A stretch of DNA of 64,000 bases, from positions 288,001 to 352,000 of the forward strand of contig CAXXTF010000001.1 in NCBI GenBank assembly GCA_963665775.2, in the 5' to 3' direction. A program made the position numbers and the translations under genes. Source of the stretch: Dehalococcoidia bacterium (GTDB lineage Bacteria > Chloroflexota > Dehalococcoidia > SM23-28-2 > RBG-16-64-32). Below, in pieces: positions 38,532-48,665 of this stretch (position 1 is its first letter; each line of letters starts with the position of its first letter). Under the pieces are notes generated by a model, which searched no databases, was not told the DNA's origin, and saw nothing but the letters and a program-made list of their open reading frames with translations.

Positions 38532-39881
38532 ATGCTAGATACGGGCGATACGACCTGGATTCTCATCTCGGCCGCCCTGGTGATGCTTATGACGCCGGGG
38601 GTAGGCTTTTTCTACGGCGGCTTGGTGCGCAACAAGAACGCCAGCGCCACCATCATGCAGAGCTTCGCCATCCTGGCCGTCGTCAGCGTGGTCTGGGTGC
38701 TCTGGGGCTACAGCCTGGCCTTCGGCCCTGACCGAGGTGGCATCATCGGCGACCTCTCCTGGTTCGGCCTCCGAAACGTGGGGCTGGAGCCATCCGAGAT
38801 CTACGCCACGACTATCCCCCACCAAGCCTTCATGGTCTTCCAGATGATGTTCGCGGTTATCACCCCGGCCCTTATCATCGGCGCCTTCGCCGAGCGGGCC
38901 AAGTTCAGCACCCTCATGGTCTTCACCGTGCTCTGGGTGACCATAGTGTACGCGCCGGTCGCCCACTGGGTATGGGCCCTCGATGCCAATGGTGCCACCG
39001 GCTGGCTAGGCGAGCTGGGCGCCCTGGACTTCGCCGGCGGTACCGTGGTCCACATCAACGCCGGCGTGGCGGCGCTGGTAGCGGCCCTCATCTTCGGCAG
39101 GCGCTTAGGCTACGGCCGAGAGCCCATGGAGCCCCACAACGTGAGTATGGTGGTACTGGGCGCCGTGCTCCTCTGGTTCGGCTGGTTCGGCTTCAACGCC
39201 GGTAGCGCCCTGGCGGCGGGCGGCCTCGCCACCAACGCCTTCGTCGTCACCCATGTCGCCTCCGCTGCCGCCGCCCTCACCTGGGTCGGTCTGAGCTGGT
39301 ACTTCCACAAGAAGCCCAGCATAGTAGGGGCCGCCACCGGTGCCGTGGCCGGCCTGGTTGCCATCACCCCCGCCGCCGGCTTCATCGGCTCCTGGCCGGG
39401 CACTGACGGCTACCTGAACTCCGCCCCCGCCCTCCTCATCGGCATCGGCGCCGGCCTCTTCACCTATCTGGCCGTCCAGCTCCGAATTAAGCTCAACCTG
39501 GACGACTCCCTCGATGTCTGGGGCGTCCACGGCGTGGGCGGCACCTGGGGCGCCTTCGCCACCGGTATCTTCGCGGTCGCCGCTATAGGCGGAGGGGCCG
39601 GCCTCATCGATGGCGATGGTGGTGGCCAGCTAGCCAAGCAGCTGGCCGGCATCGGCGCCATCTGGGGCTTCTCCTTCGTCGGCACCGGCGTCATCCTCCT
39701 CGTGCTTGACAGAGTGATGGGGTTGCGTATAACAGAAGAGGAGGAGCAGCTGGGCCTGGACGTCTCCCAACACGGCGAGCGGGGCTACATCTTCGAGGAA
39801 GCGAGTCCCATCGCCCCCGCCGGAACGCCCGCCCCCACCCCCCAGCCCGCACCGCCGCAAGGCAGCAGCGAAGCCTCATAA
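38532..39881 (+). CDS. amtB: Ammonium transporter
   Basis: RBS GGGAGG; FQMMFAVIT, DFAGGTVVH, WFGWFGFNAGS, DDSLDVWGVHG. Confidence 0.97.
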   Translation: MLDTGDTTWILISAALVMLMTPGVGFFYGGLVRNKNASATIMQSFAILAVVSVVWVLWGYSLAFGPDRGGIIGDLSWFGLRNVGLEPSEIYATTIPHQAFMVFQMMFAVITPALIIGAFAERAKFSTLMVFTVLWVTIVYAPVAHWVWALDANGATGWLGELGALDFAGGTVVHINAGVAALVAALIFGRRLGYGREPMEPHNVSMVVLGAVLLWFGWFGFNAGSALAAGGLATNAFVVTHVASAAAALTWVGLSWYFHKKPSIVGAATGAVAGLVAITPAAGFIGSWPGTDGYLNSAPALLIGIGAGLFTYLAVQLRIKLNLDDSLDVWGVHGVGGTWGAFATGIFAVAAIGGGAGLIDGDGGGQLAKQLAGIGAIWGFSFVGTGVILLVLDRVMGLRITEEEEQLGLDVSQHGERGYIFEEASPIAPAGTPAPTPQPAPPQGSSEAS

Positions 39882-39896
39882 GGAGCGAACCGAAAC

Positions 39897-40150
39897 ATGC
39901 AGAAGATAGAAGCGATCATCCGCCCCGAGAAGCTGTGGGCCGCGGCGGCCAGACCTGCCAGAAAGACATGCTGCCAAAGGTCAAGATCGACGTCGACGTC
40001 ATAGTGAAAGACAGCCAGACCGACGAGGTGATCTCTGTGATCTGCAAGGCCGCCCAGACGGGAAACATAGGCGACGGCAAGATCTTCGTGATGCCGGTCA
40101 GCGATGCCATCCGTGTCCGCACCGGCGAAAGGGGGGAGAGCGTCGTCTAG
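39897..40150 (+). pseudogene. glnK: PII nitrogen regulator with internal deletion and frameshift
   Basis: MQKIEAIIRPEKL joined out of frame to GRGGQTCQKDMLPKVKI...TGNIGDGKIFV...RVRTGERG; 254 bp. Confidence 0.88.
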
Positions 40151-40184
40151 AAGCGCTCCGGATCAGGGCACAGGCTCACCATCG

Positions 40185-40200
40185 TTAATAAACATGTAAC
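40185..40200 (+). promoter_or_regulatory. GlnR-box-like site upstream of glnA
   Basis: TTAAT-N6-GTAAC. Confidence 0.5.
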
Positions 40201-40277
40201 GTGAGCCCCGGTTAATTGGTAGCAGCTAGCCTTACGATTAGCCCCAGCAATTCCGCATCTCAAGGAGGAACAGAGAC

Positions 40278-41720
40278 TTGACGCCACAGGACGCCCAGAA
40301 AGTCAGCGATCTCATCAAGGAGCACAACATCCAGATCGTTGACTTCAAGTTCAACGACCTGCCGGGCCTCTGGCAGCACTTCTCCATCCCACCCTCACAG
40401 CTCACGGAGATGGAGGATCTCACCACCTCCATCTGGGTGGAGGGGATCGGCTTTGATGGATCCAGTATCCGCGGCTTCCAGAAGATCCAGGAATCGGACA
40501 TGCTCCTTATTCCGGACCCTGACACGGCCCGGCTGGACCCCGCCTGCTCTATACCTACCCTCTCCATCACCTGCGACATCTACGACCCGCTGACGAAGCA
40601 GCCCTATACCCGCGACCCCCGCTACATCGCCCGCAAGGCGGAGGAACACCTACGTAACTCCGGCGTCGCCGACACTTCCTACTGGGGGCCGGAGCTGGAG
40701 TTCTTCATCTTCGACGATATCCGCTTCGACCAGACCGAGAACTCCGGCTACTACTACATCGACTCCATCGAGGGCGCCTGGAACAGCGGCCGCGAGGAGA
40801 ACCCGAACCTGGGCTACAAGCCCCACTTCAAGGAGGGCTACTTCCCCGTCCCACCCCACGACTCCCTCCAGGACATCCGCAGCGAGATGATCCTCACCAT
40901 GATGGGTGTCGGCATCCCCATCGAAGTCCACCACCACGAGGTGGCCACCGCCGGCCAGGGCGAGATCGACATGAAATTCGATACCCTCACCAGCATGGCT
41001 GACAAGGTACTCTGGTACAAATACATCGTCAAGAACGTCGCCCGCAAGCACAACATGGTCGCCACCTTCATGCCCAAGCCCCTCTTCGGCGACAACGGCT
41101 CCGGCATGCACGTCCACCAGTCCCTCTGGAAGAACGGCACCAACCTCTTCTACGACCCCGAGGGTTACGCCCTGATCAGCAAAACAGCCCTCTACTACAT
41201 CGGCGGCCTGCTGAAGCACGCCCCCGCTCTCATGGCCTTCTGCGCCCCCACCACCAACTCGTACAAGCGGTTGGTTCCCGGCTATGAGGCGCCTGTGAAT
41301 CTCGTCTATTCCGCCCGCAACCGCTCCGCCGCCGCCCGCATCCCGGTCTACAACACTAACCCTAAGGCCAAGCGCATAGAGTTCCGCCCCCCAGACCCCT
41401 CCTGCAACCCTTACCTGGCTTTTCCGGCCCTGCTCTTGGCCGGACTGGACGGTATTAAGAACGAGATCGATCCCGGTCCGCCCCTGGATAAGAACACCTA
41501 CGACCTCACCCCAGAGGAGCAAGCCTCCCTCCGGACCGTCCCCGGCTCCCTGGAAGAGTCCCTGCGCGCCCTTGAGGAAGACCACGACTTCCTCCTCGAT
41601 GGCGGCGTCTTCACCGGCGACGTCCTGGATGTCTGGCAGGAGTACAAGCGCGAGGCTGAAATCGACCCCGTCCGGCTGCGGCCCCACCCGTGGGAGTTCT
41701 ATCTCTACTTCGACGTCTAG
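40278..41720 (+). CDS. glnA: Glutamine synthetase type I (beta-like)
   Basis: [43 protein letters not shown]; DKNTYDL adenylylation-type Tyr. Confidence 0.96.
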   Translation: MTPQDAQKVSDLIKEHNIQIVDFKFNDLPGLWQHFSIPPSQLTEMEDLTTSIWVEGIGFDGSSIRGFQKIQESDMLLIPDPDTARLDPACSIPTLSITCDIYDPLTKQPYTRDPRYIARKAEEHLRNSGVADTSYWGPELEFFIFDDIRFDQTENSGYYYIDSIEGAWNSGREENPNLGYKPHFKEGYFPVPPHDSLQDIRSEMILTMMGVGIPIEVHHHEVATAGQGEIDMKFDTLTSMADKVLWYKYIVKNVARKHNMVATFMPKPLFGDNGSGMHVHQSLWKNGTNLFYDPEGYALISKTALYYIGGLLKHAPALMAFCAPTTNSYKRLVPGYEAPVNLVYSARNRSAAARIPVYNTNPKAKRIEFRPPDPSCNPYLAFPALLLAGLDGIKNEIDPGPPLDKNTYDLTPEEQASLRTVPGSLEESLRALEEDHDFLLDGGVFTGDVLDVWQEYKREAEIDPVRLRPHPWEFYLYFDV

Positions 41721-41833
41721 GGCCGCCTCGCCCGGCCTCCGTGAGCCGGCCGGCCCGGGCGCGTTGCTCCCGAGGGTGCAGGCTCCTGCTTATGGTTTGA
41801 TCAAGATCGGGGCCAGCCAGGGGATTGAACCAG

Positions 41834-43168
41834 ATGAATAACCGCCGCCAGAGCATCGATTACGTGCTACAGATGGCCAAAGAGCACGACGTCAAGTTCA
41901 TCCGCCTCTGGTTTACCGATATCCTCGGCTTCCTCAAGAGCGTCGCCATTACGGTGGAGGAGCTGCCCCAGGCCCTCGAGGAAGGCACCGGCTTCGACGG
42001 CTCCTCGATCGAAGGCTTCGCCCGCATCGACGAGTCCGACATGATGGCGATGCCGGACCCATCTACCTTCGCCATCCTCCCCTGGCGCCCCCAGGAGCGC
42101 AGCGTTGCCCGCATGTTCTGTGACATCCTTCACCCGGACGGAAGCCCCTTCCAAGGCGACCCCCGCTTCGTCCTACGCTGCAGCCTCCAGCGCGCCGCAG
42201 ACCTAGGATATACCTTCTACGTAGGCCCAGAGCTGGAGTACTTCTATTTCGCTAGGCAAGACAGCACGGAGCTCCTGGATACCGGCGGCTACTTTGACCT
42301 CACCCCCCTGGACGCCGCCACCGATCTGCGCCGGGAGACCGTTCTCACCCTGGAAGAGTTGGGCATCGCTGTCGTGGCCTCTCATCACGAGGTCGCCCCC
42401 TCCCAGCACGAGATCGATCTCCGCTACACAGACGCCCTCACAATGGCCGATAACACCATGACCTATCGGCTCGTCGTCAAAGAGGTGGCCCTCAAGAACA
42501 ACGTTTACGCTACCTTCATGCCGAAGCCCCTGGCCGACCAGAACGGCTCCAGCATGCACGTTCACCAGTCCCTGTTCAAGGGCGAGCGCAACGCCTTCTT
42601 CGATGCCGACGATCCCTACCACCTGTCCGCCCTCGCCCGCAGCTACGTCGGCGGCATCCTCCACCACGCCAAGGAGATCACCCTGGTCACCAACCAGTGG
42701 GTCAACTCCTACAAGCGCCTCGTCCCCGGATTTGAGGCCCCGGTATATCTCTCCTGGGCCCGCCGCAATCGCTCCGATCTGGTCCGCATACCTGAGTACA
42801 AGCCCGGCAAGGAGAGCGCCACCCGCATCGAATACAGAGCCCCGGACCCGGCTTGCAACCCGTACCTGGCCTTCGCCGCCATGCTCGCCGCCGGCCTAGA
42901 GGGAATCGAGAAGGAGTATCCCTGCCCGCAGCCGGTGGAGAGGAACGTCTTCGCGATGACAGATGAGGAACGCAAGCAGGATGGCATCAGCCACTTGCCG
43001 GGCAGCCTCTGGGAGGCGATCGAGTACGCCGAGGGGAGCGAGCTGTTGCGCCGCTGCCTGGGCGACCACCTCTTCGAGAGCCTGCTCACCAACAAGAAGA
43101 TCGAGTGGAGCAACTTCCGCCGCCACGTAACCGACTACGAGCTGAAGCGCTATTTGCCGATACTGTAG
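41834..43168 (+). CDS. glnA: Second glutamine synthetase family protein (GSI-alpha-like)
   Basis: [56 protein letters not shown]. Confidence 0.92.
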   Translation: MNNRRQSIDYVLQMAKEHDVKFIRLWFTDILGFLKSVAITVEELPQALEEGTGFDGSSIEGFARIDESDMMAMPDPSTFAILPWRPQERSVARMFCDILHPDGSPFQGDPRFVLRCSLQRAADLGYTFYVGPELEYFYFARQDSTELLDTGGYFDLTPLDAATDLRRETVLTLEELGIAVVASHHEVAPSQHEIDLRYTDALTMADNTMTYRLVVKEVALKNNVYATFMPKPLADQNGSSMHVHQSLFKGERNAFFDADDPYHLSALARSYVGGILHHAKEITLVTNQWVNSYKRLVPGFEAPVYLSWARRNRSDLVRIPEYKPGKESATRIEYRAPDPACNPYLAFAAMLAAGLEGIEKEYPCPQPVERNVFAMTDEERKQDGISHLPGSLWEAIEYAEGSELLRRCLGDHLFESLLTNKKIEWSNFRRHVTDYELKRYLPIL

Positions 43169-43201
43169 CCCCTCCGGGAACGTATCCTTCTTACAGTAGG
43201 C

Positions 43202-45523
43202 CTAAGGCGCGGGGATAGGTGGGGGCGTCGGCAGTGGTGTAGGGGTCGGCGGTATCGACGGAATTGGGGTGGCCGTCGGCGTTGGGGTCGCGGGGCTCGA
43301 GCCGATGGGCGGACAGCCAGCCGGCAGGTTCACCGGCAGCCCCGCCACATGTAGCAGGATCACGAGGGCGTCCACGGCGTCCTCATCCCCATCGCAATCA
43401 ACATCGCCCTTGGCATGTACAGACAGGGAGAGGCTGACTGTAGCCTCAGCTATAGCCGTTGGGGTCGCCGTCGCGACAGGGGGCGAGCCTATGGCCGCGC
43501 AGCCGGAAGGCAGGTCCACCGGCAGCGCCGCCACGTAGCGTAGAAGCGTGAGGGCATCCACAGCGTCCTCATCTCCATCGCAATCAACATCGCCCTTGAT
43601 GGGCACGTACGGCGTGGGGACCGGCGTAGGCGTCGGCTGCGGGCAGATCGCGTCGGCGGAGGCGAGGGCGTCCGCGAGCCCTGCGCCGAAGGTATTGTCT
43701 GCACCGACCGAACCCAGCTCGACCGCACGGTCGAGCAAGACCCCTCGCAGTGCGCTTCGGTCAGCCGAGGGGTCATCCCCTAACTCACCCGCTCTCAGGT
43801 TGGGCTGACACTGCAGGAGAAGGGCCGCGATGCCCGCTATATGGGGAGCGGCCGCCGATGTGCCGTAGAAGGGCGAGGAGAAGCCGCCGGCGCCCGATAT
43901 GCCGACCCCGTCAATGCCCGTGATGTCAGGCTTGGTCCTTCCGTCGTTCGTTGGTCCGCGGCTGCTGTAGAAGGCGATGGTGTCGTGGCCGGGATCGGAG
44001 GCGTTGATGGCGCCCACCGATATCACATCGCCACCGGCGTCGCTCTGGTTCGTCACGCTGCTGCTGGGGGTAACGAAGTTAGGGGAGGAGTCCACGGTAA
44101 ACAGATCAAACATGCGGACCGCAGCAAGGCCCAACGAATTGTTTATGACCAAGTCCACCACGACATCGACGTCCAGAGGGTTCTCCCAGACCAAGTGCTC
44201 TGTCGGGTCCTGAAAGCAGGTCTGGGGATTCGTACTCGTGGCCAGAAGAACGCTTCCCTCGAACACGTACAGGTACATGTCATAGTCGTTACAGGAGGCG
44301 CCAAAGGGGTCGTCCCACTGAAGATACACGTTGGCAGTCGAGCCGGCGGGCACGGTAAAGGGGGTGCGGCACTGAGGACCGAAGCCACCAAGGTCCAGAG
44401 TGGTGACCGTTGCCGCGAAGGCATGGAAAGTCGACTGGCTGCAGAAGGAGAAGGACTCTTGGTAGTGCCGTCTCGCCATGTTGCCGACAGTCGTTACGTA
44501 GGCACGGATTCGGTTGCCGGGTTCGGCTAGCTGTGCCACGGTGTTGGTTGAGACGTTGCTGCTACCGTCGTACGAGCCGTCGTTCAGCCAGCCCACATCA
44601 TCCACGACGACGTCAACATTAGCGGCCAGGCACTCTACCGCCGCATTGAAATCCAGAGACGTGCCGCCGCTCCAGAAGTGACCGAACCAAAGCTCGGCCC
44701 CGGGCGCCACATCGTGCACCACCTCCAGCATCGCCGTGCCCTCGGCACCGGACTGCTCGGGATCGGAGCCCGGAATAACGTTACAGGTAGTGGTGTTGAC
44801 GGCCGGGAGGTCGCCGCTGGCCTGACTATCGGCCAGTCCCCTCATGCCATCAGAGATCACGCCGATCCTGACGCCGGTGCCGTCCACACCAAAATCGGCC
44901 CGCACGAGGTTGGCCTGCAGGATGGCATCACCTTCCGAAGTCACCGATCCAGACTGAGTAATGCCATAGTTAGGCAACCGGATAACCTTGATAGATGGCT
45001 GGCCGGCCAACCTCTCCAACTGGTTTATCGGGATCCGAGCCTGGACGATCCCTGCGGCCTCATCGAAGCGCTCCACCAGCCCTTGCGCCAGGCCGATGTC
45101 AGCCTCAACCTCCGGAACGGTGGTGGCAACGTCGACGAAAACCTGAAGCCTACCCTGCCCATCGATGCGCATGAGCCCCGCGTCCACCATAGCCTGCATG
45201 TCCAACTCTAGCAGCGAGAAGTTCAGGGCCGTTATCTCGTCGCCAGCGGCGAACGCCTGACGCTCTGCCCGAGCGAGGCGTGCCACGTGCGACGACAGCC
45301 GGGGGTTCTTAGCGGGGGGTGGAGGGGGCGTCCTCTGGGGCTTCAGGCCGCTCCCCATCGACGGCGCGTCCGCGGAGGTGGAGCCGGGCGTGGGTATCGC
45401 CAGCGGCACCGGGGCACTCCCTGCATCCTGGTGGCCGCCGTCGCCGAAAGCGCTGGCGGCTAACGCTCCCAGTAACGCCAGCGGCGCGAACAAGCCGATG
45501 AGCAGCCATCGCGCATATCTCAT
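43202..45523 (-). CDS. Secreted S8 (subtilisin-like) protease with two C-terminal dockerin-like repeats
   Basis: Signal peptide; IGVISDG, EGTAMLEVVHDVAPGAEL, KPDITG, GTSAAAPH; KGDVDCDGDEDAVDAL x2. Confidence 0.9.
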   Translation of the reverse strand: MRYARWLLIGLFAPLALLGALAASAFGDGGHQDAGSAPVPLAIPTPGSTSADAPSMGSGLKPQRTPPPPPAKNPRLSSHVARLARAERQAFAAGDEITALNFSLLELDMQAMVDAGLMRIDGQGRLQVFVDVATTVPEVEADIGLAQGLVERFDEAAGIVQARIPINQLERLAGQPSIKVIRLPNYGITQSGSVTSEGDAILQANLVRADFGVDGTGVRIGVISDGMRGLADSQASGDLPAVNTTTCNVIPGSDPEQSGAEGTAMLEVVHDVAPGAELWFGHFWSGGTSLDFNAAVECLAANVDVVVDDVGWLNDGSYDGSSNVSTNTVAQLAEPGNRIRAYVTTVGNMARRHYQESFSFCSQSTFHAFAATVTTLDLGGFGPQCRTPFTVPAGSTANVYLQWDDPFGASCNDYDMYLYVFEGSVLLATSTNPQTCFQDPTEHLVWENPLDVDVVVDLVINNSLGLAAVRMFDLFTVDSSPNFVTPSSSVTNQSDAGGDVISVGAINASDPGHDTIAFYSSRGPTNDGRTKPDITGIDGVGISGAGGFSSPFYGTSAAAPHIAGIAALLLQCQPNLRAGELGDDPSADRSALRGVLLDRAVELGSVGADNTFGAGLADALASADAICPQPTPTPVPTPYVPIKGDVDCDGDEDAVDALTLLRYVAALPVDLPSGCAAIGSPPVATATPTAIAEATVSLSLSVHAKGDVDCDGDEDAVDALVILLHVAGLPVNLPAGCPPIGSSPATPTPTATPIPSIPPTPTPLPTPPPIPAP

Positions 45524-45685
45524 ACCGCACCTTCCCCCACGTTATCCCATTATACGACCGCCCGTTAGTCTAGTGCTCCAACCTGACAGATCGTTAACCT
45601 CAAGCGTTCAAACAGCACTCTGGTCCCACCAAGGTATAACGTCAACGGGGAACCGATCGATCTGTAATCGCAGGCAGGGCGTGGC

Positions 45686-47161
45686 CTAGGGTTTGCCGAC
45701 CGCCCCCGCCGCCTGCGACCCGCTAAAGATCACCGCCGTCCCCTGCTCCACCACATCGAACAGGGGCTGTGGATAGAGCCCCACCAGGAACACACCGGCC
45801 ACCAGAGTCGCCAGCACCCCGTACTCCAGCCAGGGCGTCGGAAACCGCGTCTCCTCCTCCGGCTTCCCCAGGTACATCTGCCTGACGATCGTCAGGTAGT
45901 AGTAGAGCGAGACGAAGCTCATGAGCACGGCTACCCCCGCCAGCCACAACAGATCCTCCTGAGCCGCAGCCTGAAAGAGGATGAACTTGGTGGCGAATCC
46001 GGCGAACAGGGGCATCCCAGCCAGAGAGAAGAGGGCCACGCTCAGCGATAGCGCCACGAAGGGGGCCCGCTCCGCCAGCCCCGCGTACTCCTCGATCTCC
46101 TCTTTGCCCGTCCAGTTGTAGAAGATTATCACGCAGACGAAGGCGGCCAGGTTCGTAATGACGTACCCCACCAGGTGCAGCACCAGAGCGCTTCCCGCCT
46201 CCGGCGAGAGGGCAGCGATCCCCACGAGCAGGAACCCCACCTGGCCGATGCTAGAGTAGGCCAGCAGCCGCTTGATGTTGTGCTGCTGAATCGCCACTAG
46301 ATTGCCCAGGATCATGGTGGCTGCCGCGAGGACGGCGATGAACAGGCGCCATTCGTCCAGAAGCGGCAGGAAAGCCTCCGCGAACAGCTTCAGGAAGAGG
46401 GCGAACCCTGCCGCCTTGGATATAGCCGCTACCAGCGCCGTAACCGGCAGGGGCGCTCCCTCATACGCATCTGGCGTCCACATGTGGAAGGGGACGGCCG
46501 CTACCTTGAACCCCAGCCCGGCGATTATCAGCGCCAGCCCCAGGAACAGCGCCATGTCGAAGCTGCTGGTGTCTCCCGTAAGCTGGGCGCCGATCTCGGC
46601 GAAGTGGGTGCTCCCGGTGACGCCGTAGATCAGGCCTATCCCGTACAGCAAGATGGCCGAGGAGAAAGCGCCCAGCAGCATGTACTTCAGGCCGCCCTCG
46701 TTTGAACGGTGGTCGAACTTAGCGAAGGAGACCAGAACGTAGAGGCTGAAGCTCAGCAGCTCCAGCGACACGTAGGCCGTCAGCAGCTCCCCGGACGCCG
46801 CCATCCCGTTGGCGCCCACGACGGCGAGGAGGATCAGCGCATAATACTCGCCCGCGTGGAGGAGCCGGTCCCTCACGTAGCGAGCGGAGGCTAGGATGGC
46901 GAAGAAGCCGATGAGCCCAAAGAAGACCCGGAACAGGGTGGTGTAGTTGTTAATCTGAATGAGGTTCGCGAAGTCGGTGTCGTCGTTGATCCAGATGAGG
47001 GACACGAGGGTGGCAGCCAGCGCCCCCGCAGCGGCCACGTAGCCCAGTTGATCCTTGCGCAGGCCGCCCCAGAACAGGTCCAGGAGCACCACCATGCCGG
47101 CCCATCCCACCAGGATGTACTCCGGCGCCAGGAGCGACCATTGCAGATTCAGATCGTCCAT
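45686..47161 (-). CDS. nuoN: NADH-quinone oxidoreductase subunit N
   Basis: GFKVAAVPFHMWTPDAYEGAP, KRLLAYSSI. Confidence 0.96.
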   Translation of the reverse strand: MDDLNLQWSLLAPEYILVGWAGMVVLLDLFWGGLRKDQLGYVAAAGALAATLVSLIWINDDTDFANLIQINNYTTLFRVFFGLIGFFAILASARYVRDRLLHAGEYYALILLAVVGANGMAASGELLTAYVSLELLSFSLYVLVSFAKFDHRSNEGGLKYMLLGAFSSAILLYGIGLIYGVTGSTHFAEIGAQLTGDTSSFDMALFLGLALIIAGLGFKVAAVPFHMWTPDAYEGAPLPVTALVAAISKAAGFALFLKLFAEAFLPLLDEWRLFIAVLAAATMILGNLVAIQQHNIKRLLAYSSIGQVGFLLVGIAALSPEAGSALVLHLVGYVITNLAAFVCVIIFYNWTGKEEIEEYAGLAERAPFVALSLSVALFSLAGMPLFAGFATKFILFQAAAQEDLLWLAGVAVLMSFVSLYYYLTIVRQMYLGKPEEETRFPTPWLEYGVLATLVAGVFLVGLYPQPLFDVVEQGTAVIFSGSQAAGAVGKP

Positions 47162-48663
47162 TAGCCAATCCCCGGCAGGTTATTGACGGTCTCGCTGATG
47201 CGATCGATGAACGGCTTCGGCCACATCCCCATGAAGACGATGAAGAAGATGAGCAGGACGCTCGCGGACTGCTCGCGAAAGCGCATCTCCTTCAGGCTCG
47301 CCCAGCGCTCGTTGAAGGGGCCGAAGTAGGCGCTAGCCAGCATCCGCAGAATATAGGTGGCGGTGATAGCGGCAGCCAGGATGCCCAGAGCCCCCGCCCA
47401 GTAGTAGCCTGCCTGGAACGTGCCCACAAAGATGTGGATCTCAGCGATGAAGCCGGCCAGGCCCGGCAGGCCAAGGGACGAGAGCCCGGCTATCGTCCAG
47501 AAGGCAGTGTGCCGAGGCATCTTATTGGCCAGTCCCCCGAACGCGGTCATATCCCGCGTGTGGGTCTGGTCGTAGACGGCACCCACGTTGGCGAACATGA
47601 GGGCGGTCATGACCCCGTGGGCGAACATCTGGAGGACAGCCCCGGTGACTCCAATGCTATTCATGGAGGCCAGCCCCATCATGACGAATCCCATGTGGCT
47701 TACGCTGGAGTAGCCCACCATGTACTTGAGGTCTTTCTGGCCCAGAGCGGAGACGGCGCCGTAGAGGGCGCCGGTCACGCCCAGGGTCATGAGGACCGGC
47801 GACCAGAATTGGGCACCCTCAGGGAACAGACCTATCCCTACCCGGAGGATGCCGAACGCCCCCAGCTTCATAAGGACACCGGCGTGCAGCATGGAGACCG
47901 CCGTGGGGGCGGCCACGTGGCCGTCTGGCGACCAGGTGTGGAAGGGCCAGAGGCCGGCCAGGATCCCGAACCCGATCATGTAGAACGGGAAGAAGGTCTT
48001 CTGGAACGTCTCCCCGTAGGTCGCCTCGCCCAGCACCGGCAGGTCAAACGTCCCCTGCCCGGCCTCCGTGAAGGTGGCGAAGATGGCGATGAATATGAGT
48101 ACGCTGCCGGCCACCAGGTAGAGCACCAGCTTCATCGCGCCGTACTCCTTGGTTCGGACGAACGTACCAAAGTTGCTGCTGGCACCCCACACAGCGATGA
48201 GCAAGTACATGGGCAGAACCGCCACCTCGTAGAAGAAGAAGAGGAAGAAGAGGTCCTGAGAGACGAATACGCCGAAGACACCGGCTACCAGCGCGAACAG
48301 GAGGATGAAGTAGTCCTTGTTCCGGTAGTCGATGTTCCAGGATATGAAGACGCCGGCCAGGATGACGATGCCCGTGAGCAGCACCATCGGCGCCGCAATC
48401 CCGTCCACCGCCAGGTGCAGGGTGATCCCGTTCTCGCCCAAGAAAGCGATATTCTCCAGCCAGTCCAGCTGGAGGTCGAAGCGTAGCCCGCTGCCACCCT
48501 CGAACTCGTACCTGATGAAGACGAGCAGCGACATGAGGAACATGGCGGCGGCGGCGGCCAGAGCGGTATACCGCACGAGCTGCGAGTAGCGCGACGGGAT
48601 GAGCATGAACACCAGCGTCGTGCCGAGCGGCAGGGCGATCAGGGCAAAGAGAACCCACTCCAC
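47161..48663 (-). CDS. nuoM: NADH-quinone oxidoreductase subunit M
   Basis: PFHTWSPDGHVAAPT, LMKLGAFG, GLPGLAGFIAE. Confidence 0.96.
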   Translation of the reverse strand: MEWVLFALIALPLGTTLVFMLIPSRYSQLVRYTALAAAAAMFLMSLLVFIRYEFEGGSGLRFDLQLDWLENIAFLGENGITLHLAVDGIAAPMVLLTGIVILAGVFISWNIDYRNKDYFILLFALVAGVFGVFVSQDLFFLFFFYEVAVLPMYLLIAVWGASSNFGTFVRTKEYGAMKLVLYLVAGSVLIFIAIFATFTEAGQGTFDLPVLGEATYGETFQKTFFPFYMIGFGILAGLWPFHTWSPDGHVAAPTAVSMLHAGVLMKLGAFGILRVGIGLFPEGAQFWSPVLMTLGVTGALYGAVSALGQKDLKYMVGYSSVSHMGFVMMGLASMNSIGVTGAVLQMFAHGVMTALMFANVGAVYDQTHTRDMTAFGGLANKMPRHTAFWTIAGLSSLGLPGLAGFIAEIHIFVGTFQAGYYWAGALGILAAAITATYILRMLASAYFGPFNERWASLKEMRFREQSASVLLIFFIVFMGMWPKPFIDRISETVNNLPGIG

Positions 48664-48665
48664 AG

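Noticed and set aside
40650-41687. Long antisense or alternative-frame ORFs over core genes (also 47434-48486, 50290-51198, 58147-59055, 59892-60857)
   Set aside because: Shadow ORFs expected from high-GC codon bias over well-supported genes; no recognisable motifs.
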